A stretch of DNA of 64,000 nt from positions 252,675-316,674 of IMG/VR virus record IMGVR_UViG_642918906_000001, one strand, 5' to 3'. Below the pieces are notes generated by a model that worked only from the letters and a program-made list of their open reading frames with translations, was not told the DNA's origin and did no database searches. This DNA is from a virus. Its lineage: Duplodnaviria > Caudoviricetes. Position numbers and translations under genes: made by a program. Shown piece after piece: positions 28,718-37,818 of this stretch; within the stretch, counting starts at the first letter, position 1, and each line of letters begins with the position of its first letter.

Positions 28718-28890
28718 TTGGTTTCCTAATGACACTCAGTTTGATCTTGCTGATCGGATGGGTCGGTATGGGTTTCAAATCGAAGGTCGATCGAGTAGTC
28801 CATACCCGTGTTGGTTTTGCACTACTGTTTTCAGTAGCCATTACGGTTTACGCTAACCTTATTACCCTGAGCGTGGAGTTAGCCAAATGA
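28702..28890 (+). CDS. Two-TM membrane protein
   Basis: AGGAGG RBS; two hydrophobic helices. Confidence 0.7.
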   Translation: MSYALIGFLMTLSLILLIGWVGMGFKSKVDRVVHTRVGFALLFSVAITVYANLITLSVELAK

Positions 28891-29324
28891 GTTTCTTTGT
28901 GTGTAAACGTGATGACATTATCCACTTCGGTGGAATGCAGTCCGTCATGATGGATTGGGAACACGTACCTACATTCGGTACGTTCAGCGTGGTCATGAAT
29001 GATTGCCGTTTGATGTCACCTGACGATATCTGGGTATGGGTCGGTAGCTCAGTTATCACCGGCTACATTAAAGGTCGGTTTGTTAATACCGGTCTATGGA
29101 CCGAACAGGAAATCTGTCGACTGTCGTATGACAACAAAGCCTTGATCATTATTCGTGAAGGTAAAAATTACTTCATTTATAAAAACGGACACAAGGAATT
29201 CCGTACAGAGGTATCCGACGGTAGTTTGATGTATACCCATGGTTGTGTTGAAGGTCAGGTACTCGATGCCATTGATCGTGACATAATGCCAACGCGTTGG
29301 GTCATCGACAAACGTAAGGTATAA
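28887..29324 (+). CDS. Hypothetical protein
   Basis: GGAG RBS, ATGA overlap. Confidence 0.75.
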   Translation: MSFFVCKRDDIIHFGGMQSVMMDWEHVPTFGTFSVVMNDCRLMSPDDIWVWVGSSVITGYIKGRFVNTGLWTEQEICRLSYDNKALIIIREGKNYFIYKNGHKEFRTEVSDGSLMYTHGCVEGQVLDAIDRDIMPTRWVIDKRKV

Positions 29325-29359
29325 CAATACCCTGCTAACCCATTTGATAGGAGCTTGAT

Positions 29360-29647
29360 ATGTCCAAAAGTAAACTTGAAGCAATCGTGGATTTCATCAT
29401 CTCTAAACAGGACGAGTTTAAAGATACTCCACTCAATACCGAACGTGTATTGTATCCAGAAGACTTCCTCGTGGATAATGTCTCGGCTCTTTACGTACGA
29501 TCCGTTTCAGAAGAGAAATCGAACATCTACGATGGTGTCTGGAACGGGTTGTATTGGATGGCCCGTGAAATCAATAACTATCGTATCAACGTCGCTAATG
29601 ACTGTGACCGTATCAACTTAATGATCGAGGGGCTTAATGAGCGATAA
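29360..29647 (+). CDS. Hypothetical protein
   Basis: AGGAG RBS. Confidence 0.75.
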   Translation: MSKSKLEAIVDFIISKQDEFKDTPLNTERVLYPEDFLVDNVSALYVRSVSEEKSNIYDGVWNGLYWMAREINNYRINVANDCDRINLMIEGLNER

Positions 29648-29876
29648 ATCCATTCCGCCGACGCAAACGTATTTTGACGTAGACCGTAGTGGGTACTGTT
29701 ACCTACTTAAGGTTAAGTTCTCCTTTAACAAGAAAGGGGAACTCGTGGAAACCATCATGAAGGTTACTCATCTGGGTAAACTGTCTCATCTGGACTATGT
29801 ACTTGACTACAGTTCCTATGTGGTATGGCCACGCGCTTTCGAATCTAACGATATCAAACAACTGGGAGTTAATTAA
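29637..29876 (+). CDS. Hypothetical protein
   Basis: GAGG RBS. Confidence 0.7.
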   Translation: MSDKSIPPTQTYFDVDRSGYCYLLKVKFSFNKKGELVETIMKVTHLGKLSHLDYVLDYSSYVVWPRAFESNDIKQLGVN

Positions 29877-30772
29877 TGTCTAAGTCTAAACGTCACAACA
29901 CCGTAAGTTTGTCGATCCACTACAAAAACGCCAACGATCGTACTGCTTTTGAAAACGAACTCAACCTCGTTCAAGACCTCAGTACGTTGATGACTGCATC
30001 GGCGAAGTTGCATAACCACGCTGCTGATCCTTTGGTGCGACCGCAGGCTTACGTAAAAGACGTTGACGATTACTATGGCTCGATCACTCTTCAGTTCCCA
30101 TTGAAGGCCAAGTGGTACAGTGAAGAAAACGACATGCGTTGCTACAGCCATGTTGGACTGTATAACCTTTTGAAGTTGATCTCAGATGTATGCTCGACGC
30201 ACTCGGTCAACTTTGAAGAGTTCCGTACTCATCTGGATCTGGGCGGGATGAAAGCCCCATGGGTTCTGCCTGTTGAGGGGATGGGTGTTATTCTTCGTGA
30301 AGGTTCTCGACAGATGACTCTCACTGGCGATGTATTGCCACGTGCGGTAAGACTGGGCGTTGCTGAATATGAGGTTGAACAGTTGATCGTGGTGGGTGAA
30401 CCTCGTGCAGTTGAAGACTTCAGTCGGGCATGGGGTCACGTAGCCGATAAATACCGTCGTGTGATGCAGAAGTATCCCACGCATCAGTATCACGGTCGTG
30501 GTCCGCTGATGGACGTAAGTACCATGAAGTACTCGTGGGGTAACCATAACTGGCAAAACGTTGGTGTGTTCGCATTGGTCAAACGTCCTGAGTTTGAACC
30601 GACTTGGGTAACTTTGGGCGAGATGCATAACTCGTCGGTGCTGAAGAACATTATTGATATCGGTAATCACATGTTGAATACCCCACTTCAGTTCTCTAAC
30701 ACGGAACCCTCGATTCGTAATAACATCTTCCTTTCGGACCATGCATATTACAGCTTTGAGTCGGTAGTCTAA
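29876..30772 (+). CDS. Paralog family B, member 3
   Basis: LIVVGEPRAV motif. Confidence 0.85.
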   Translation: MSKSKRHNTVSLSIHYKNANDRTAFENELNLVQDLSTLMTASAKLHNHAADPLVRPQAYVKDVDDYYGSITLQFPLKAKWYSEENDMRCYSHVGLYNLLKLISDVCSTHSVNFEEFRTHLDLGGMKAPWVLPVEGMGVILREGSRQMTLTGDVLPRAVRLGVAEYEVEQLIVVGEPRAVEDFSRAWGHVADKYRRVMQKYPTHQYHGRGPLMDVSTMKYSWGNHNWQNVGVFALVKRPEFEPTWVTLGEMHNSSVLKNIIDIGNHMLNTPLQFSNTEPSIRNNIFLSDHAYYSFESVV

Positions 30773-30807
30773 ACGGCATAAGCTGGGGTTGCTAATACAA
30801 CCCCTTT

Positions 30808-30825
30808 CAAATTTATATCACTTTA
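30808..30825 (+). promoter_or_regulatory. Possible early promoter variant
   Basis: ATT-TATATCAC (1 mismatch to TATATTAC) right after a terminator hairpin. Confidence 0.5.
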
Positions 30826-30849
30826 ATGATAAACCACAGGAACTCTACA

Positions 30850-31734
30850 ATGTCGAAGAATAAAACCTTTCATAGTGTCACCTACACTTTTGAAAACGAT
30901 GACCATCCAATCGTGATCGAATGGTTTGGTAAGAAAATGCTCGAGTTACAGCAGATCGTAAAAGTACATCTTGCTGATAACACTATTCGTCAAGATAAAT
31001 TCAAGGTCGAATTTTTCGGCAACGGGACCATGGTGAAGCTTACCTTCATCACTAACTTTCTGGGTGATGAGCAACTCTACACCAGCTTGATGGGTTACGT
31101 GAACCATCTGATTGGCGTGGCATCGCAGTACGTGGAAATCAAAACTTACTTTGAGTGTAATGACACTCGTCGTAATCGGTTTGCTCTGTTCAACGACTTC
31201 GGTTTGATGATCAAGCGTAATGCCCCACTGGAAGTTCGCAGTGTCGGTAACGTAGCATATAACATCGGTAATGACGTTAATGGCGTGTGGGTCGCCGGTG
31301 AACCAAATCTGGTGCGTAAGGTAGTGGGTCGCATTCGCTACCTGTTGCGCAGTGGTAACAAAAACGTCAGGTTCGGCTATGATAAATTTATCAAAGAGGT
31401 AAAGCTATTTCTTGGTAAAGACGCTGCCGTTTATGTAACACGTGAGGGTGCCGGTTGGGGTGAAGTAATTCATGACGATGGCTACTCTGCCGCTAGTTGG
31501 CAAGATCCATTCCTGAGCGGTTACGTGGAACTGATCGAGGCCGGTAAAGCACCGGATGTATTTGATCTGGTGGGCGCCAAAGACAACTACTTCGATTTCC
31601 CTGCTTTCATGGCGGTGATCTTGGAGCGTGTTGAACAACTGCGTCAAGAAAAACCCCGTCAAGGTGGCTGGGTAAATATCCCAAATGAATTCATTCAATC
31701 TGTACTGAAGGAGATTACTGATGTCGAGTCGTGA
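30850..31734 (+). CDS. Paralog family B, member 4
   Basis: VWVAGEPNLV motif; AGGA RBS. Confidence 0.85.
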   Translation: MSKNKTFHSVTYTFENDDHPIVIEWFGKKMLELQQIVKVHLADNTIRQDKFKVEFFGNGTMVKLTFITNFLGDEQLYTSLMGYVNHLIGVASQYVEIKTYFECNDTRRNRFALFNDFGLMIKRNAPLEVRSVGNVAYNIGNDVNGVWVAGEPNLVRKVVGRIRYLLRSGNKNVRFGYDKFIKEVKLFLGKDAAVYVTREGAGWGEVIHDDGYSAASWQDPFLSGYVELIEAGKAPDVFDLVGAKDNYFDFPAFMAVILERVEQLRQEKPRQGGWVNIPNEFIQSVLKEITDVES

Positions 31735-32539
31735 TTCTCACCGCGTTAAAGTAGTAATTGGTTGGACCCTACCTAAGGATAATGAACTCAGTGTTATCGC
31801 TGATCATTCTTTGGTAAATGATCTTCGGGTTCTACAGAAACGTGTCGACGGACACTACATGGCAGGTAGTGTGATAAAGACTGTTCAACGTGACGGCGAT
31901 TCGGTAGTGCATACTTTCCGTCTACGTCATAAAGGTTATTCGCGCCATACGCGTAAGACCAGCTGGACCCAGTTGTTACTGTTTGTTGCACAGGTCAAGA
32001 AATTGTCTGCCAGTATCCCAGCAACTATGAATCCAGTATTCGATCTGGATATGGAACAAAACCACATGCCGTGGGTATTCCATACTGGGTTCAACACAGA
32101 TGGTCGCACTAACCTTTTCCTGAGGCCTGAGGCTATTCGCAGCGTTGTTCAACTGAACCGGAAAATTCGTATTTCTAATCCAGAAAATGTTTTCGCTAAC
32201 CTGATGGATCATGGCGATCGGAAAACTTATGCTATGTCTGATCAGTTTATGTTGTTTGGTCGTGAGCGCGCGGTTGAGAAATACGAGCGTTCGCTACGAG
32301 CAATCGAACAGGCAGGTCCAAACAAGAATATCATTGATCCCTATATCCGTGCATCGGGTCAATACGGGTATCCATTAGAAGATCAACTGTTGGTACTGTA
32401 TCGCGATTCAGCCGGGCAATGGGTTAATATCCCAGGTACTGGCTTTGAGGTCACTGATGGTGAGTTCACCCGTGAAGCTCTGACCAGCCAAAGAGATACT
32501 ATCTTCGGTCTCAATTACGAACCACGCTTTGTTAACTAA
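31721..32539 (+). CDS. Paralog family B, member 5
   Basis: FMLFGRERAV motif; AAGGAG RBS. Confidence 0.85.
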   Translation: MSSRDSHRVKVVIGWTLPKDNELSVIADHSLVNDLRVLQKRVDGHYMAGSVIKTVQRDGDSVVHTFRLRHKGYSRHTRKTSWTQLLLFVAQVKKLSASIPATMNPVFDLDMEQNHMPWVFHTGFNTDGRTNLFLRPEAIRSVVQLNRKIRISNPENVFANLMDHGDRKTYAMSDQFMLFGRERAVEKYERSLRAIEQAGPNKNIIDPYIRASGQYGYPLEDQLLVLYRDSAGQWVNIPGTGFEVTDGEFTREALTSQRDTIFGLNYEPRFVN

Positions 32540-32597
32540 CCTAACCGGGGTAGTTCGCTACCCCATAACACAATCTTACCTAAAGGACTAATAATAA

Positions 32598-33266
32598 ATG
32601 CCGATCGCTCGCACACCTGAGCACACTGCAATGCGTAAATTGCTGATGCGCTATATGGCGGAGTATACAAATAACTCTTCAGCTCCAGCAAACATCCGGG
32701 GTGGTTTCTTTGCAATTCATATCACCGACACTAACATGGTGTGGGTGAACGAAACAGGTAGCTTTGCCAGCACACTCCAACGCTGGAAGAATAAAGGTAC
32801 TTTCGCCGATTGCGTAGGACAAGCTATTAAACGTGGTGCTAAACTGGAACTTTGGTTCTTGACACAGCCACAGCGGTTCTGCGTGAACGAATTAAAAGAA
32901 GAACTCAGCGAATTGAATAAAATAGCTGAACGAAAAGAACGCGTTATGTCTGGTCCTGGTAAACTCTACAGTATCCGACATGCTGGCTCAATGGACTTCT
33001 TCCTTTTAGCCGATCGTATCAACACCGCACCAACTTCACTGCTGTCTAACTTTGTTACCCGTCTGCAAACCATGCGCGGTGACAATCGTAATCAATTGTT
33101 GGACCAGTTTGTTAGTGAGCAGACCTCTGACATCATTAAAGGTACCGGTTTCGATATTACTCATATTGATGACTTCGATAGCTGTGAGGACCTCTGGCTG
33201 AAACGTCAGGTCTATATCGATGACAACAAATTCGGTCGCAATCTGAACTGGCACAACGTGGACTGA
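32598..33266 (+). CDS. Degenerate tandem GIY-YIG-like protein
   Basis: GFFAIH..TNMVWVNET and GKLYSIRH..SMDFFL repeats; C-terminal RQVYID...NLN. Confidence 0.6.
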   Translation: MPIARTPEHTAMRKLLMRYMAEYTNNSSAPANIRGGFFAIHITDTNMVWVNETGSFASTLQRWKNKGTFADCVGQAIKRGAKLELWFLTQPQRFCVNELKEELSELNKIAERKERVMSGPGKLYSIRHAGSMDFFLLADRINTAPTSLLSNFVTRLQTMRGDNRNQLLDQFVSEQTSDIIKGTGFDITHIDDFDSCEDLWLKRQVYIDDNKFGRNLNWHNVD

Positions 33267-33297
33267 TCCACTCAATCTTTCTATTAGGTTTACTGCA

Positions 33298-33978
33298 ATG
33301 ACTTCTAAAATCGTAACCTTTCCAGACGTACCAATGACCATGGTCATTAAGCGTCTTACCGATTACACCGTGCAACACTATTCCGGCTTGGATGACATTC
33401 CACATCTCTGTGTGAAAGTCCGCCATCATAATGGCTTCGCGTGGTTTGGTATCAGCATCATTCCAACGGGTAATTATCCTAACGGGTTCCCTGCACCATG
33501 GCCGGCTCAGTTGGTACGTAATGTCAAGACCCAGTTCCTTCAGGCGATGGCTCAGGTTATCGATCTGGCTGAAATGGATTCTGACGTGGATCTGTTGATG
33601 CGTAGTATCCAAGACATCTGCGCCAAGCGTAAACGTCCTGTGATGTTCGGTACTGGCGGTAATGAGTTCATCCAGATCTCGTCTACCAACAACGTTCAGA
33701 TCGAGCTGTATCGCGATGAGGTGAAGCCAGAGTCGTCGACTTACGGTGGTTATTTCTTCGTGGTGGAATATGACGGTCAAACCTTTCCGGGGTTGCTGTA
33801 CCATCGTGGGATCATTGCATACAACTATATCACCAAAGAAGCCGCTCATGGTTTGATCCGTGAAGAACTCCAAGCTAAGTTCCCTGAGTTCTTCAATGAC
33901 CCATCGAAGTTGGTGATCCCTTTCGGTGAAATCATGCAGTTACCACGTAACCGTAACAAGTGGGCTAAGGTGCGATGA
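33298..33978 (+). CDS. Hypothetical protein
   Basis: 226-aa ORF. Confidence 0.8.
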   Translation: MTSKIVTFPDVPMTMVIKRLTDYTVQHYSGLDDIPHLCVKVRHHNGFAWFGISIIPTGNYPNGFPAPWPAQLVRNVKTQFLQAMAQVIDLAEMDSDVDLLMRSIQDICAKRKRPVMFGTGGNEFIQISSTNNVQIELYRDEVKPESSTYGGYFFVVEYDGQTFPGLLYHRGIIAYNYITKEAAHGLIREELQAKFPEFFNDPSKLVIPFGEIMQLPRNRNKWAKVR

Positions 33979-34352
33979 AAACACAGACGCTAGTTATTGA
34001 CCTGATTCGTAACTGGCTTCCGAACGCTACCACTGGTTTGTGGGCGAAGCACTCGATGGAGGGCTTCGATATCATCACAGTTCTGACTGAACCCGAGTAC
34101 CCTGGATTGGAAAAGATTCAGGGGAAAGTCATTTGGGCAGAAGACGGTGTAATTGATGACAAGGCTAATGCTGAACGCAATCTGCTGATTCATCAGGTAG
34201 CCCGTAAGTTCGCCAAAGCCACTGAAACGGTGCTCATTGGCGTCAGGCATGTTGATCGTATTACATACCTCGACTTCAAAGGTGAGTCTATCAAAAACGT
34301 TGAAGGGTTCGACTGGGTGGATGTCGTTCTAGAAAAAGAAATCATCGTTTAG
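33975..34352 (+). CDS. Hypothetical protein
   Basis: TAAGGT RBS, ATGA overlap. Confidence 0.75.
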   Translation: MKTQTLVIDLIRNWLPNATTGLWAKHSMEGFDIITVLTEPEYPGLEKIQGKVIWAEDGVIDDKANAERNLLIHQVARKFAKATETVLIGVRHVDRITYLDFKGESIKNVEGFDWVDVVLEKEIIV

Positions 34353-34385
34353 TAAAAGAATACTCAGTGTGTAATATTATAGGAG
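34351..34385 (+). promoter_or_regulatory. Phage (middle/late-type) promoter shared with the tRNA-Leu locus
   Basis: AGTAAAAGAATAC-TCAGT-GTGTAATATTATAGGAG vs AGTAAAAGAATAC-CAGGA-GTGTAATACTATATGAG on the minus strand at 47762-47796. Confidence 0.7.
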
Positions 34386-34850
34386 TGAATGCTCCTAGCC
34401 CGTGATAAAAGCCTCGTAAAAGTGTTGCTTTCATTTCCCACCCCATCACGGGTTCCCCCTATTCAGGATCACTGCTCTGGTAGTGAACCAAATGAACAAG
34501 GGTGTTCGCAGGGGTTATCTCTCTAACCAGGGTCCCCGTCACCATAAGCAGTAGGTTAGATGCCCTGCTCGAACACCCGCCTAAGCATAATGAACTTTCG
34601 GAATAATTCGCCCGTCCCCAAATAAGGTGGGATGGTTAGTTGGAGATGACCAGTCTCCTAAACCGAAGCACTGATCACTAGGGTGGTACCTATTCGATAC
34701 AGTGAAGTTACTCGATCATATCGGTGTTACACCCCCGATCGAAGTGGCGACTGACAAAGTGATACTTCCTACTAAATGGGTTGTTCAGCTGGCCAGCACA
34801 CATGCGTCAGATTAAACCTCAAGCCCCCACCCTCGTAGGTGGGGGCTTTA
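34380..34850 (+). ncRNA. Candidate large structured ncRNA (~470 nt)
   Basis: Gap without a credible ORF in an otherwise dense genome, tiled by ~8 stems whose G-U pairs work on the + strand, between a promoter and a terminator. Confidence 0.75.
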
Positions 34851-34856
34851 TTCCGT
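34821..34856 (+). terminator. Intrinsic terminator
   Basis: AAGCCCCCACC-CTCGTA-GGTGGGGGCTT-TATTCCGT. Confidence 0.85.
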
Positions 34857-34870
34857 CTCAAGGAGAAACT

Positions 34871-35068
34871 ATGAGTTTGTACGATCAGTTGTTTAAGCTG
34901 TATATTACGGTGAAAGATCCGAAGGTTGTCCGGTATCGTCGACATCCATGTCAACTGCGTATTGTCGGCAAGGCCCGGCATATGTGGGGTAACGAAAGTA
35001 AACTCGATCCCGGTTCTCAAAGCACTGAAACGATTGAAAAACTCATCGCCCGTTATTACATCGATTAA
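34871..35068 (+). CDS. Hypothetical protein
   Basis: AAGGAG RBS before MSLYD. Confidence 0.7.
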   Translation: MSLYDQLFKLYITVKDPKVVRYRRHPCQLRIVGKARHMWGNESKLDPGSQSTETIEKLIARYYID

Positions 35069-35077
35069 GGAGTTCTT

Positions 35078-35569
35078 ATGAAAAAGCTTGATAAAACAGG
35101 TCCACTTAAAGCAGCCTATTATCTCATCACCAGTTATGCTGATTATGAGAAGGCTATTCTCGAATACCTTAAAGAGAATGATCACAAACCTGAGGACTGG
35201 GGTATGCGTGACCAGTTCAATGTGAATGAATTGGTTGAAGGTCATCACATCAAAGGTAATCGTGAACTCTACACCAACGGTGAATCCCCAGAGTTCATCC
35301 TGTGCATCAACTTCGATGATCAGTTTGTACAACTCATCGTTAATTTCGTGAGTGTGTCTGACTTCATCGTACCAGAAGGCGATGTACCTGCACACATGTA
35401 CGAGTTCGAAATCGAGCGCCACATGCGAGAATCCCCGTACCGCATCCACCGTAGCCAGTATCAAGTTATGGCTAAGGATGCGTTCGAGGCGCACGTGCTG
35501 GTAGGTCAGTGCTATTCCCGTGACGAAGAGTATGATCTCAAAATCGCTAGCTGGAGGAAAGTAAAATGA
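35078..35569 (+). CDS. Hypothetical protein
   Basis: TAAGGAG RBS. Confidence 0.8.
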   Translation: MKKLDKTGPLKAAYYLITSYADYEKAILEYLKENDHKPEDWGMRDQFNVNELVEGHHIKGNRELYTNGESPEFILCINFDDQFVQLIVNFVSVSDFIVPEGDVPAHMYEFEIERHMRESPYRIHRSQYQVMAKDAFEAHVLVGQCYSRDEEYDLKIASWRKVK

Positions 35570-36063
35570 AGCGCCTTGACCAATACGAAGGTAGCAATCG
35601 CTCAGGCATGTTCAAGTATCGGATCGAAGCTGATGGTGAACTCGAACAGGCTATCCAAGCTGCGTGCGATGAGATGTCAGTTAGCACGGGGGAACCGCAT
35701 GGTATGGATGATCGCCCGAAGCATTATCCTTACATTGCGTTCATCCACCCTGACGATGAATACTATCGCGTGGATCTCGGCTTTGCGACTGCTGAAGATC
35801 TTGTAGGGGATGGTCCAGGTAGTCTGGATGAGCTGAAGGATATGCTCTATAACTACACTACCATGAAGCCGTGGTTGGATCGTATTCATGAAGCCGCACA
35901 ACTTAACGGTGAAGCAAGTATCGAGTTCCGCGATCTTGATGATGAACCTAACTTCGGCAATCAGTACGCTATGAACAACAAACAGGCTGACTGGCTCCGT
36001 AGTCAAGGCTGGGTGGTGCACTGGGAGAAATACCCACGTACTTGGATCGTATCTGGCTGGTGA
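35566..36063 (+). CDS. Hypothetical protein
   Basis: GGAGG RBS. Confidence 0.8.
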   Translation: MKRLDQYEGSNRSGMFKYRIEADGELEQAIQAACDEMSVSTGEPHGMDDRPKHYPYIAFIHPDDEYYRVDLGFATAEDLVGDGPGSLDELKDMLYNYTTMKPWLDRIHEAAQLNGEASIEFRDLDDEPNFGNQYAMNNKQADWLRSQGWVVHWEKYPRTWIVSGW

Positions 36064-36084
36064 TTTCAATTAAGGAGTAATAGC

Positions 36085-36225
36085 ATGCATGACATCGTAG
36101 GAGATCGTCTTAAGAAACAGATTCAATCCCGCCGTACAGAACGGCTACAGTATATTTTCCTCTATTCATTCCTCGGAGTGAATGGACTGTACATCGCATA
36201 CGAACTAATCAAACGATTTATCTAA
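36085..36225 (+). CDS. Small membrane protein (46 aa)
   Basis: TAAGGAG RBS; YIFLYSFLGVNGLYIAY. Confidence 0.6.
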   Translation: MHDIVGDRLKKQIQSRRTERLQYIFLYSFLGVNGLYIAYELIKRFI

Positions 36226-36233
36226 GGACGAAT

Positions 36234-36665
36234 ATGAAAACCCTAAACCCGATCCATGCTGATCACGAAAAGGTCTACAACCACTTTGTAGACCGTCAGG
36301 AGAACGGTCAGTTCGATCGTTACAACGCTGATATGCAGTCTTTTATCAATCGGGTCTGGAATAAGAATCTGGGTGTAGTAGCTGCTATGTCACATAGTGG
36401 TATTGGAGCAGACGTATCGAACGGCTTTGTGCAGTTTGTTGCAGATAACCCATCCATGATGGTTCGCCTTATTGGATGGCTGACTGAGGTACGTGACGCT
36501 TTACCAAAACTACAACAACCCACGGTTGAGATCCGTAGTAAGACTACTCCTAACCATATCGATGATGCAACTCATTATCTAACAGTAATGTTTCGAACCC
36601 CTCGATTCAAAACTAAGGATGATGCTAACACCTGGTGGAGTAAACTGGTCCAATCTTATAACTAA
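36234..36665 (+). CDS. Hypothetical protein, weak TYW3-like N-terminus
   Basis: DMQSFINRV...AAMSHSG recalls D..I..L..N....T..SCSG. Confidence 0.65.
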   Translation: MKTLNPIHADHEKVYNHFVDRQENGQFDRYNADMQSFINRVWNKNLGVVAAMSHSGIGADVSNGFVQFVADNPSMMVRLIGWLTEVRDALPKLQQPTVEIRSKTTPNHIDDATHYLTVMFRTPRFKTKDDANTWWSKLVQSYN

Positions 36666-36680
36666 ACATTGGAGCAGACC

Positions 36681-37121
36681 ATGAAAGCAGTATTGATTAA
36701 AGGTAATCCCAAATTCGTTAGGGGTGATGAAGCAAAAGCGTACTATCAGGAAATCGTTGAGTTTATGGAAGGACTTGGCGTGGAGGTCATCGAAGACCAA
36801 GGTCTCGACAACACGTGTCCACCTCCAGCTGATTTCTACGTGGCCCATTCACGTGGGGTCGATCGTGAGTGCTGTTTCGATACACCAGAACAAATGGCTA
36901 ACTTCATTAAGTTCGGTGTACCAGAAGGCGTGATCCATCCAGTCGATTTAGATTGGTGGGATCGTGGGCGTAAAGGTGTTCCACCCCGTGAGCACTTTGT
37001 GTTTACAGCAGACCAGAAGCTGGCTATCCAGAATAAGGTTGATGCCTTGCGTAAAGCTACCACTCCAGTACCGATCCAGAAATCACGCCAGTCTGCTTCA
37101 CGCAGGCCGGGTGTACGATAA
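36681..37121 (+). CDS. Minimal alpha/beta-hydrolase-like protein
   Basis: YVAHSRG nucleophile-elbow-like motif; GGAG RBS. Confidence 0.6.
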   Translation: MKAVLIKGNPKFVRGDEAKAYYQEIVEFMEGLGVEVIEDQGLDNTCPPPADFYVAHSRGVDRECCFDTPEQMANFIKFGVPEGVIHPVDLDWWDRGRKGVPPREHFVFTADQKLAIQNKVDALRKATTPVPIQKSRQSASRRPGVR

Positions 37122-37126
37122 CACGT

Positions 37127-37171
37127 CATAAAGCCCCTCCGCAAGGAGGGGCAATATGTTGTTTTTTTCTT
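37127..37171. terminator. Bidirectional terminator
   Basis: CATAAAGCCCCTCC-GCAA-GGAGGGGC, identical to 60806-60830. Confidence 0.85.
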
Positions 37172-37576
37172 TTATGCCATGCGAACTACGCGTTGTAATT
37201 CTTTACCCTTAGCCCAGAGCTTAGGGAACAAATCGTCACGCTCTCGTACGACCATACCGCCACCACGAACCTTATTCGAAGAGGGATACAGTTCTGGGTT
37301 GTCTTGGGCTTCTTTCATAAGTTGGGTCATGTAAAGATCCAAGGTATTCTGATCATCTTGCGTGCATTTAGAGAACACACGCTTGAAGTAATCGTCACAG
37401 TAATCGAAGTCACGTACTACGCGATACCCACGGCTTCCCAGATCGATACGGAAGTATTTACGGTAGTCGTGGTAACCGCCACCAATACGCCACATCTCGT
37501 TACCCGGTTTATTCACGAGGCGTTCGATTTTAAAAGATTTAAGGTCTTTCCATAGTTGAATCAATTTAGTTTTCAT
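37172..37576 (-). CDS. Hypothetical protein
   Basis: Last gene of a minus-strand operon. Confidence 0.75.
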   Translation of the reverse strand: MKTKLIQLWKDLKSFKIERLVNKPGNEMWRIGGGYHDYRKYFRIDLGSRGYRVVRDFDYCDDYFKRVFSKCTQDDQNTLDLYMTQLMKEAQDNPELYPSSNKVRGGGMVVRERDDLFPKLWAKGKELQRVVRMA

Positions 37577-37818
37577 TTTACACCATTGATGGTTTTGATG
37601 AAGGTATGTGCTTCATCGATATTAATGATCTTGATATATTTTGAATCGTTGTTGCCTACCATCATATTAAGTTGACTTAGCCATGACGAATAGTGTTCTG
37701 GCCCCTTGAGACGAGATGGCCACTGAGTCAACTCAAGCATGTGTTGGTAAGCACACTTAGTAGGGCGTCGATCGGGTAGCAATAAACTACCCAGCCATCC
37801 TAGAATTCTTTTTAGCAT
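37573..37818 (-). CDS. Hypothetical protein
   Basis: Overlapping operon ORF. Confidence 0.65.
   Translation of the reverse strand: MLKRILGWLGSLLLPDRRPTKCAYQHMLELTQWPSRLKGPEHYSSWLSQLNMMVGNNDSKYIKIINIDEAHTFIKTINGVK

Noticed and set aside
33157-33873. 238-aa minus-strand ORF, and similar long antisense ORFs at 34772..35494, 14957..15565, 40818..41447 and 61371..62150
   Set aside because: Shadow frames opposite well-supported genes, no RBS, atypical composition
34380-34850. tmRNA, RNase P, hammerhead or group I identity for the large ncRNA
   Set aside because: No tRNA-like ends, no GAGGAAAGUCC, no CUGANGA/GAAA core and no flanking exons visible
34781-34870. Upstream extension of ORF 34781..35068
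   Set aside because: Runs through the terminator; the AAGGAG RBS points to the ATG at 34871
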